Of a DNA stretch of 64,000 nucleotides, positions 36,501-47,470 are shown piece by piece. Source of the stretch: Centroscyllium fabricii (taxonomy: Eukaryota); assembly GCA_051313645.2 (NCBI GenBank), contig JBNRSN020000001.1, forward strand, positions 128,774,001 through 128,838,000. Direction: 5' to 3'. Each line of letters opens with the position of its first letter. Position 1 is the stretch's first letter. The notes beneath the pieces were generated by a model. That model ran no database searches, was not told where the DNA came from, and saw only the letters and a list, made by a program, of their open reading frames with translations. Both the position numbers and the translations under genes were made by a program.

Positions 36501-39500
36501 TCATGTAATAAAGACTTACCAAGATTTTAGTGAACATAAAGCTAGGCTTTATTCAACTTATGATACAACATAAAGATAGTAAGCTAGTTCAGTCACTAGC
36601 CTCCAACTTCCAAAGTGTCTCAGTCCAACTGGTGCATAAATCCCAGTATTTATACTTCATGGTCAGTTGCCCTCAGCTGGCCGACTAGTAACTGTTCCTG
36701 GGTTGGTTGGAAGTCCAACCAATAACTCTTCCTAGATTTATTTAGGAAGTCGTATTATACGACATTCTTCCTCCCTAGGTTTGGGAGGCCAGTCTTGCTT
36801 TAGTGGACCAAGCGAACCAAAAACAGTCGTAGTCATTTCGCTCTCTGCTTGTGACTAGAAGGTACGTCACCCCGGACCGTGTCCTGGTCCCAGGGTCTCT
36901 TGATCCGCACTGGTGGGCCGGTAGAGTCTGTGTTATCTTGATCATCCGGTGGAGGACAGGGAATATCGTGACACCTGGGTCGCTTGGCCCGTACTGGTGG
37001 GCCGGTCGAGTCTGTGTCGTCTTGATCGTCCTGTGGAGGACGGAAAATATCATGACTGCGGGTGCGGGTCCCCACAGGTGCCGAGCTGGCGTCATCCTGA
37101 GTTGTTACCGGCAGATCCTTCGATGTCCCAGGTTGTGCGTCAATTCCGTAAGGGGATAGGATGTTATTATCGTGGGATCCCTCTTCAATTTGACCCGTGT
37201 GACCGGATGGGCAGGGAGCCAGATCCCTGAGTGAGACAGTGGGCTCCCGACCATCAGGGTACCGCACGTGTGCATATGTGGGGTTTACCTATGTTAGTTC
37301 CACCTCATCCACGAGAGGGTCATTCTTGGCCAATCGGACGAATCTCCGGAGTAGCACGGAGCCTGGGGCCACCAACCATGATGGTAGAGATGTCCCATGT
37401 GTGGAGCGACGTCGAAAGTTAAAGAATCGCTCATGAGGCATGACATTAGTAGCCGTAGAAAGGAGCGACCTAATAGAGTGTAATACGTCGGGGAGCACAG
37501 TTTCCCATTGCTGATCGGGTAAATTGCGTGGCCGCAGTGCCAGGCGGACAGCGTTCCAGATGATGGCGTTGTACTGCTCGACCTGCCCGTTGCCAATTGG
37601 GTGATATGGTGTTGTCTTACTCATGGCGATTTCTCATTGGGAGAGATAGTTTTTAAGTTCACCAGACATAAGGAGGTACCTCGATCAGAATGGATGAAAT
37701 TTGTCGTACCACAAAGAGAAAAGACGTGATTGAGGGATTTGATAACCGTAGAGGTAAGCATATTAGGGCAGGGAAAGGCAAAGAGAATGCGCAAATATTC
37801 ATCTGCCATCGTAAGGAGGTAGGTATTCCATGTAGAAGAGAGCGATGGCCCTTTAAAGTCTATGCTAAGTCACTGCATGGGCTGCATAGCGTGTATGAGT
37901 ACGCTGTCTGATGGGCGGAAGAATTGTGGTTTCAATTCCGCACAAGTCCTGCAGGAGGAGCAAGCTTTTCTGACATCTTCCGTGGAGAATGGTAGATTTT
38001 TGCATCGCACAAAGTGCAGCATGTGCGTTACGCCCAGATGGCATAAGTCCATATGGAGATCCGCCAGGGTTGATGATGACTTTGAAGAACAGAATGCCCG
38101 TGTGAAGGTATCAGGGGCCACATTCTGTTTGCCGGGTCGGTAATGGATAGTATAACCAAAGGCAGCCAACTCCATTCCCCAAAGTTGAATTTTATTATTT
38201 TTGATTTTGGTGCGTTTCCGGTTGTCCGGCATGAAGGCTACGGAACGCTGATTGGTTATGAGGGTAAAATGACGCCGAGCAAGAAAATGGCTCCATTGGC
38301 GCACAGCTTCGATGATGGCTGTGGCCTCCTTCTCGACAGGGGGATAATGGAGCTCGCTACCCTGCCAAGTTCTGGATAGAAATGCCACCGGTCGCCCACC
38401 TTGATTCAGGGTAGCCGAGATCGCTTCCTCCGATGCATCACACTTGACCACAAAGGGAAGGTTCTCATCGATGGAGCGAAGCGTGGCTTTCTCCAGCAGC
38501 CGTTTGAGGAGGTCAAAGGCTGAAAGAGCCGTTGTGTCTAATGGAAAGGACTTCGCATGAAGCAGGGGCTGTATTTTATCCGAAAAGTGAGGTATCCACT
38601 TTGCGTAGTAAGCAAACATGCCAAGTGCCCAACGAAGAGCGCCAAGATTTGTAGGAGGAGGAAGCTCCTGAAGTGGATGAAGTCGCTCTGGGTCTGGTTT
38701 AATGACCCCGTTGCCCACCCAGTAGCCAAGAATATTAACTGACGGTACCGATTTCACTGATTTAGAGTCGTTCAACGTTAAGTGGCGATGACAGAGGATG
38801 TCAAAAAAGTGCCGCAGGTTGGTGTCATGTTCCTTCTGATCATGGCCGGCAATCGTGATATTGTCCAAATACGGAAAAGTATCCGTCATGTTCTCTTGCC
38901 TGACCAAGCCATCCATGGCTTGCTGAAAGAGAGCCACTCCATTGGTGACCCCAAATGGAAGGCGACGAAACTGATAAAGCCGACCATTGGCCTCAAAGGC
39001 CGTATACTTCTTGTCGGAATCTTTCAGTGGCACCTGATGGTACGCGCTTTTTAAGTCGAAAGTTGAAAATACCTTGTACTTAGCAAGGTTGTTGACCATA
39101 TCATCTATGTGTGGGAGTGGGTAGGCATCTAGATCAGTATATTGGTTAACCGTTTGTGAATAGTCGATACATAGATGTTTCTTATGTGGCTTTAAGGAGT
39201 TCTTCACAATGACGACTTGAGCCCGCCAGGGTGACGAACATGGTTCAATGATCCCCTCAGCTAAGAGGCGAAAATTTTCTGTCCCAATAAATGCTTCATC
39301 ATCCTGGCTGAAACGTCATGATCTGGTGGCGATGGGTTTACAGCGGGGGGAGAGATTGGGAAATAAGGAGGGTTCGCTGAGCAAGGCCGCTGAAAGTGCA
39401 CAAAACGGCGCCTTAGAAATGGTAAGCTCCTGCCTCGACCCTCCAAACTCAAAAGTGAGTCTCTTGTGTTGCTTCTGAAAATCTTGCCCCAGAAGCACAT

Positions 39501-41098
39501 CGCTGCATAAATTCTCGAGTATTCCAAGCCGGGTGGAGGAATAGGTGGGGCCATGGAGGATGAGAGTGACAAGGCAGAATCCAGCAGAATTGGTAGTCAA
39601 AGTCGTCAAAGCCATCGCAATCTCTCTATCCGAAGGGTAAATGTGCAGGTTTAACCTGCTGACAGCCCACTTACTGATGAAGCTATCAGAGCTGCAGGAG
39701 TCAATGCGCTCAGAGTGTGTCCATTGATCGAAACTTTCGTGGCTGCATAGGACAGACTTTGTGGAAATGCAGCCCTGATAGGGGAAGAAGGGGCAGTTGT
39801 ATCGTTGCCAGCTGTAGTCGCCGTAGTGTTTCTTGGGGGAGAAGCAGTTCCATAGAGGGCAGCTGTGAAGCTGACAGGAGCTCTCACCCGGTATGCTCTA
39901 GGGCAGCGGCCTCTCTTGTTAGCAGAGGCTTTCGACTGGCATACTTTGGAGAAATTTCCTTTTTTGTTGCAGTAGTTGCAGGTTACATTCCGAGCCGGAC
40001 AAAATTTTCGGTAATGAAATGTACTGCCACAAAAAAACCACCATTTGTTTGATCGCCAGGATGCTGCTAGGGCGGGGTCAACATCAGGGAAGGCCTCGGG
40101 GGTAGGGTCATCATCTGTTAGAGTAGAGTCATCATCAGTGGGATCTTCCGCCCGAGACCTATCAAAGAATTCTTTCCTAGCGATAGCCACCGCCCGTGCA
40201 CGCGGTAGGAGATACGTGTCTGCATTTTTTTTTGCTCGATCCAAGGCGCATGCCTGGTCGTAGGCCGCCTGTAACTCAAGGGTTTTATTTTCCAGTAATC
40301 GCTGCCGTATAAAAGGAGCCGCAATTCCATTGATAAAGGAATCGCGGATGAGTTCCTCTTGATACTTCTCAGCTGAAATAGCCTTAAAGTTACAGTCTTT
40401 ACTAAGCCTACAAAGTTTCTGGAGGAATTCATCGAGTGATTCCTCCGGCTGCTGGCGAGTTGTGGCCAGTAGGTGTCGCGCAAAGATTTCATTCGGAGAT
40501 TTGACAAACAACTGCTGTAAAGTTTCGATAGCAGTGTCGTAATCTGTACAGTCCTCAATATAATCATACACGTGCGGTGATACGTAGTTGATAAGCATTT
40601 GTAATTTAATAGAGGCATCCACCTCATATTCTTCAAGGAAGTTGTTGAAAGTACGAAACCAATGTTTCCATACCTTTGCTGCTGCAGGTCCATTCGGTTC
40701 CAAGTCCAGGCGAGCAGGCCTCAGGAGTTTTTCCATGATGGATTAAGTTCCTTGCCAAATTCCTTCCTAAGGTTGAGTTGCAACTGGTTGTTCTGAATCA
40801 CCCCAGCGTGGAGACGATATTAAGTTGAATAAATTGATGTAATAAAGACTTACCAAGCTTTTAGTGAACATAAAGCAAGGCTTTATTCAACTTCTAATAC
40901 AACATAAAGATAGTAAGCTAGTTCAGTCACTAGCCTCCAACTTCCAGAGTGTCTCAGTCAAACTGCTGCATAAATCCCAGTATTTATACTTTCTGGTCAG
41001 GTGCCCTCAGCTGGCCAACCAGTAACTATTCCTGGGTTGGTTGGAAGTCCAACCAATAACTCTTCCTAGATTTATTTAGGAAGTCGTATTTTACGACA
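36501..41098 (-). mobile_element. Full-length Gypsy LTR retrotransposon C, degenerate ORFs, no tRNA PBS
   Basis: 264-bp LTRs at 40835-41098 and 36501-36764, TSD CCGGT, PPT at 36765-36775. Gag MEKLLRPARLDL (39651-40736), RT YLDN, RNase H CDAS (37870-39207), integrase HSDRG/GNGQVE. Confidence 0.95.
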
Positions 41099-41435
41099 CC
41101 GGTGTAGTAAGTATTACATTCCTATTCCATTCCTTGCACTGCTCGATAGGAAATGTAATAACTGTGGGGTGAGCCCTCCCTCAGCTGAGCCCGGCATTTC
41201 CCTCTAGTGCCAGGCTTGTTCTCCGGCTCCTGCTCCCCCGGCGGGGTGAGCCCTCCCTCAGCTGAGCCCAGCACTTCCCTCGAGTGCCGGGCTCGTTCTC
41301 CGCCTCCCGGTCCCTCGGCGGCCCCGCGGGGCTCTGGCCGCAGCCGCGCTAGTCCGCGGGCCGCCGCTGCGGCCTCCCTCGCACAGCGCTGCACCCGAGC
41401 CCCAGTATCAATGGCCCACAATCTCCTTTTTTAAA

Positions 41436-41520
41436 AAGGTCTTCCACCTGAAACGTCAACTCTGCTCCTCTCTCCACCGATGCTGCCTGGCCTGCTGAGT
41501 TTCTCCAGTGTTTTCTGTTA
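41436..41520 (+). mobile_element. Penelope-like terminal repeat fragment
   Basis: The sequence aaggtcttccacctgaaacgtcaactctg...gatgctgcctggcctgctgagtttctccag resembles a chondrichthyan Penelope terminal repeat (recalled, not searched). Confidence 0.55.
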
Positions 41521-42834
41521 GCCGACAATCTCCTACCGGTTCAGAGGCACAATCGGTCGGCAACACGGCAATGCACATGCGCACTGGGCACCATCCCGAT
41601 AACCGAAATTATCCGAAAACCGAAGACAGCCCGGTCCCGAGGTTTTTGGATAAAGGATTGTGTACCTGTAGTACATTTTAAAAACTTACCTTTTTGGTGG
41701 TGACATGCAGCAGTTCCTTTAAGGATCTCTGCTTAGGCTGCCTGTAAACCATATTTTCCTGAATGCAACCAGTATTAGCATGAATTCTTTATCAAATTCA
41801 TGATATAACAGTACTGAATACAAAATTGGCACACGTAGACTGCCTGCAGTGAGACTGCCTGGAGTAGTGATCTTGAGACTCCAGTGTAACAGCTGGAGCC
41901 AGCTCAGCACCCCAGAAATTGATGTATCCTAATAGCCAAAGAAATGGTATCATTTTCTTCCCAGCATAAGTCCACCCAACCCCTCTCCCACCTAGAACTG
42001 CATGGATAAATCAAATGTAACTGCAGTTAGGTGAGATGGACTCTATTCACTTTGTACTTCAGTTTCTTTAGAAACTTGAATCGCCACTGTACATGTGCAG
42101 TTGTATGTGGAACACTGCCTGGGAAGTGTCCTCATTGCATAGTTAGGTGATGCTAATAACCTATAGTAACTTTATTTACACTCACTTTATTTTCATCAGT
42201 TAATAATCTGGAGAAAGACTTCCACAGAAACTTAAAGGTGTTTGGCCATTTTGGCAGACCAATTACTCTACATAGTTCTCAGTTTTTCTTATTTGGTATC
42301 TGATATCTAATTTTTCAGAATATAGCCCAGTTTAGTGTTAGCACTTGAGATATGTGATTCAGCTTTAGTAGCCCTGTCACCAAACTCACATCAGTTTATA
42401 CTGACTGCAACTTTGTGCTTATTCCTCCAATTTAGCTTAAAATGTGGCTTTTAAATTTTACACATTTTTCAGCAAATCATCCCACTCCAGTATTGATTTT
42501 CCAGGTAACAAGGAAAGAGAGAGAGATGGGGATAGAGATCAGCCAGAGGATTATCATCCTTTACTCTGCACTTCACCATTTAGCAATCGATGGTAATTAA
42601 AATCCTGAATGCTTTGTGTTGTGCCAAGTAATTAGTATCAGCAATCTCTTTGGTCTGTTGTAAACCACAGACTCATTTTAAGCTTCGAAGGGATGGTGAA
42701 GGATCAGAAGTAGCAAGAGCTTAAAGAAATCATGCATTAAGTGTAAGTTGAATGCAGAAGGATTAAGTTAGAATAAAAACAAAGTTCTGGAATCTGTAGC
42801 TAAAACATACCTTACACCCTTGCGTCACATGAAG

Positions 42835-43893
42835 AAAGACTTGCACTTCTATAGCGCCTTTCACAACCTCAGGCTGTCCCAAAGCGCTTTACAGCCAATG
42901 AAGTACTTTTGAAGTTTAGCCACTGTTGTAATATGGGAAATGTGGCAGCCAATTTGCACGCAGCAAGCTCCCACAAACCACAAGCTCCCTCAGTCCAAAG
43001 ATGTGCGGGTTAGGTTGATTGGCCAGGATAAATTGACCCTTAGTGTTAGGGGGATTAAGTATGTGGGGTTACGGAGATAGGGTGAGATATGTGTCGGTGC
43101 AGGCTCGATGGGCCGAAATGGCCTCTATCTGCACTGTAGGGATTCTATGAAACAGCAATAGGCCATAATTTGCTGCCCCTACGGCTGCATATGCGCCCGT
43201 AAGGGCTGCGCAACTTCCGGGTTTAGGCATGCGCTGCGCATGCATGAAAACCCGGAACTTGCGATCTGTCAAGTATGAATCTTGACAGATTGTAGCCATC
43301 ACCGGGATAAGGGCATCTGCGGGCAGAGAGTTGGGCTATTTGCCTAACTTCTGCCCAGCGAATGCCCATGAAATTCTTACGGAATACTTACGGAATCCCC
43401 ATAAGCATGACTGGTGATTCACTTCTTTCATTCATTGGGCTGGCCCACATGATCTCGGGGGCGTCTGTGAACTGTCTGTGCCTGGCACCTCCCGGACCAC
43501 CAGGTACGCGGGCATATTATTTGCGGGTTGTAGGCATTTCCCCGCAGGAAGCCTCCGACCGCAAATTCAGGGCCATTGTGATAATCACCAGATAATCTGT
43601 TTCAGTGATGTTGATTAAAGGATAAATATTGGCCAGTACACCGGGGATAACTTCCTGCTCTTCTTCAAAATAATGCCGTGGTATCTTTTACGTCCACCTG
43701 AGAGAGCAGACAGGACCTTGGTTTAATGTCTCATCCGAAAGACAGCACTTCCAACAGTGCAGCACTCCCTCAGTACTGCTCTGGAGTGTCGGCCTAGATT
43801 TTTGTGTTGAAGTCTCTGGAGTGGGACTATGAACCCACAACCTTTTGAATTCCAGAGGTGAGAGTGCTGCCCACTGAACCACAGCTGACACCA
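42835..43893 (-). mobile_element. Deu-domain SINE (SacSINE1-like), split by a V-SINE fragment (about 42990-43150) and a Harbinger MITE (43160-43574)
   Basis: tRNA-like head on the minus strand at about 43830-43893, Deu-like core (actgagggagtgctgcactg...ctttcggatgagac), and tail tatagcgcctttcaca. Confidence 0.75.
43160..43574. mobile_element. Harbinger-type MITE, internally deleted member of the 34255 family
   Basis: TIRs AGGCCATAATTT / AAATTCAGGGCC, flanks AAT/ATT, shared subterminal blocks. Confidence 0.8.
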
Positions 43894-46800
43894 TGATCCA
43901 ATCTCTCTTCTGGTTGTGGTTGATTAGCTCCTGATGATGAGAAACCTGTTGAGGTGAGAGTTGAGCAGGCTTTGCTAATCTCCACAGGATCAGCAGCCAG
44001 TTTTTCCCAGTTCTATCGGAGCATGTCTAGATAAGCAAGATATTTTTGCAAACAAGAATTTTATTGTATTCAGTGTAATCAAAACTTCATCTGGGCTGTT
44101 GTAAACTTATCAGGAGTTATTTAGAAAATGGAATATATATCATGATTTGCTCTCTGGGTGAGAACAAAACATTTACTGTAGTTAGGTGGTGTCAACAAAA
44201 CTGAAAATTAAATTATCTTAATACAAGATCAACTCTTATAGAATGATATGATGCATGTGCACATTCAGGATACGATATGAGCTTAAAATAAAGCATATTA
44301 CAATTTGACACAAATATGTTAACCAGTCTATTATAATTAGTATACTGACCCCCAAACAGTAATGTGGAGGTCGGGGATGGCATTAAACGGGAAATTATAG
44401 AAGCGTGCAATAAGGACACAGCAGTTATCATGAGTGACTTTAATCTACATATAGATTTGGATAACCAAATCACTAACAATGCTGTGGAGGAGGAATTCCT
44501 AGAGTGTATACGGGATGGTTTCCTGGACCAATATGTCGAGGAACCAACTGGAGATCAGGCCATCTTTGACTGGGTATTATGCAATGAGAAAGGATTAATT
44601 AGCAATGTTGTTGTGTGAGGCCCCTTGGGGAGGCGTGATCATAATATGATCGAATTCTTCATTAAGATGGAGAGTGAAGGAGTTGACTCAGACTAGGGTC
44701 CTGAATTTAAATAAACGAAACTACGATGGTATGAGGCACGAGTTGGCTAGGATTGATTGGGGGACATTACTTAAAGGGTTGATGGTGGATAGGCAATGGC
44801 AAACATTTAAAGATCGCATGGATGAACTACAGAATGTGTTCACCCCTGTTTGGCATAACAATAAAACAAAAAGGGTGACTCAACCGTGGCCAACAAGGAA
44901 AATTAGGGATAGCATAAAATCCAAGGAGAGGACATATAAATTGGCCAGAAAAAGCAGCAAACCTGAGGATTGGAAGCAGTTTAGGATTCAGCAAAGGAGG
45001 ACAAAGGGATTAATTAACAGGGGTAAGCTTGCAAGAAACATAAAAACTGACTGTAAAAGCTTCTATAGATATATGAAAAGAAATAGATTTGTGAAGTCAA
45101 GCATAGGTCCCTTGATGTCAGAATCAGGGGAATTTATAATGGGGTACAAAGAAATGGCAGACCAATTAAATGTATATTTTGGTTCTGTTTTCACAAAGGA
45201 GGACACAAACAACCTTCCTGGAACGGTAAAGACAGGGAACATAGGGACTAATGAGAGGGAGGAATTGAATGAAATCAGTGTTTGTAAGGAAATGGTGTTA
45301 GGGAAATTGATGGCATTGAAGGCCGATAAATCCCCAGGGCCTGATAATCTACATCCTAGGGTACATAAGTAACTGGCCCTAGAAATAGTAGATGCATTGC
45401 TGGTCATCTTCCAAAATTCTATAGACTCTGGAATAGTTCCCGTGGATTGGAGGGTAGCTAATGTTACCCCACTACTTAAAAAAGGTGGTAGAGAGAAAAC
45501 GGGGAATTATAGACTGGTAAGCCTGACATCGGTAGTGGGGAAAATGCTAGAGTCCATTATAAAAGATGTAATAGCAGAGCACTTGGAAAACAGTGACAGA
45601 ATCGCACAAAGTTAACATGGATTTACAGAAGGTAATCTACTGGAATTATTTGAGGATGTAACTGGTGGAATAGATAAGGGAGAATCAGTTGATGTGATGT
45701 ATTTGGACTTTCAGAAGGCTTTCGATAAAGTCCCGCATAAGAGATTGGCGTGCAAATTTAAAGCACATGGGATTGGAGGTAAGGTACTGACTTGGATAGA
45801 TAACTGGTTGGCAGACAGGAAGCAAAGAGTTGGAATAAATGGATCTTTTTCCAAGTGGCAGGCAGTGACTAGTGGGGTACTGCAAGGATCAGTGCGAGGA
45901 CCTCAGCTATTCACAATATATATTAATGATCTAGACAAGGGAACTAGATGTCATATCTCCAAGTTTGCAGACGACACAAAGCTGGGTGGGTGTGTGTGCT
46001 GTGAGGAGGATGCAGAGAAACTGTAGTATGATTTGGACAGGTTGGGTGATTGGGCAGATGCATGGCAGATGCAGTATAATGTGGATAAATGCGAGGTTAT
46101 CCACTTTGGTGGCAAAAACAGGAAGGTAGATTATTATCTGAACGGCAATAGATTGGGAAAAGTGGAAGTGCAATGAGACCTGGGTGTCCTTGTGCACCAG
46201 TCGCTGAAGGTAGGCATGCAGGAGCAGCAGGCGGTTAGGAAGCAAATGCTATGTTGGCCTTTGTAGCAAGAGGATTTGCGTACAGGAGCAAGGATATCTT
46301 GCTGTATTTGTACACGGCCTTAGTGAGACTACTCCTTGAGTATTGTGTGCAGTTTTGGTCACCTTATCTGAGGAAGAATATTCTTGCCATGGAGGGAGTG
46401 CTGCAAAGATTTACGAAACTGATACCTGGGATGGCAGGAATGACGTATGAGGAGAGACTGGGACGATTAGGCTTACATTCACTAGAGTTTAGAAGAATGA
46501 GAGTGTAATGATTAGATGTGGTTACACGTTCTGTCCACTAGGTGGAGAGTTCCACTAGGTGGAGAGTTCAGAGTTCAGAGTACAGAGTTGGGTACAAGGC
46601 AAACTGAAACTAAGCAGACATGTTGGATTCTGTGAGACTGCTGCAAGCTGCTGAACTTGCTATGAAAATAAAGTGATTACTTGTATATTAAATCAAGCCT
46701 CATTCTTCAGAACACGAACATAACATGGTACCAGGAGTAAAATCTAAGTGAGTAAACATAACAAATGAGCGACGACATCATGGATTTTAAACCACCTGAC

Positions 46801-47199
46801 GTATCGTCAATAATCTAATAAAACTAAAGACGTGTAGTTACCTTAACTAAAGGCTTTTATTAGCTTTACAAAGGAGCTACGCTCCGATCGAACATCAGGT
46901 ACAGAATGAATGGGGGCAGGTCAGACCCCACCTATAAGGCACTCACCTGAGGGGAGGAGTTAGAGGTGTGGCTGACCTGACCCCGCGACAGTGTCGCAAT
47001 ACAAAGCTGTGTATAGTGCACCCAGCCGCTATACATGCTGGTTAATATTGTGCCACAATATTACGGTGGAAATAAGCACATACAACGGTTACCACTTTCA
47101 CCCCTTCTTTGAAAATTAAGTCCGGCGGGGTGAATGGACAGAGCAGTTCATAATGAGTCTCTCCGGCGGTCGCGTCTGCCTTGAGGACCGTCGGGTCTC

Positions 47200-47470
47200 T
47201 GTCAGCGGCGCTGGTGCCTGCAGTGTCGGCGGCGCTGGTGCCGTTAATGTCGGCGGTGCTGGTGCCGGTAGTGTCGGCGGCGCTGGTGCCGGTAGTGTTG
47301 GTGCTGGTGCCGGTAGTGGCGGTGGGGCCGGGCTCTCCGGTTGCTGGTGTGCCTGCGGTGCATCGTCCTGTTCTTGGTCCTCAGCTGGCAGTGGCGGGGG
47401 CTCCGGTGTGTATGTGTGTATCGGCCAAAATCCCGGGGGCTCTGGTGTGTGTGTGTGTATCGGCCAAAGT
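47200..47470. repeat. 24-bp and 45-bp proline-rich coding repeats at the D integrase C-terminus
   Basis: (PAPAPPTL)n and (HTxTPEPPGxWPI)n in ORF 47116-48690. Confidence 0.85.

Larger units (their letters stand above)
36379..41668. mobile_element. Tc1/mariner (Tigger/pogo-type) non-autonomous element hosting Gypsy C
   Basis: Perfect 21-bp TIR CAGGTACACAATCCTTTATCC / GGATAAAGGATTGTGTACCTG with TA TSD. Confidence 0.92.
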
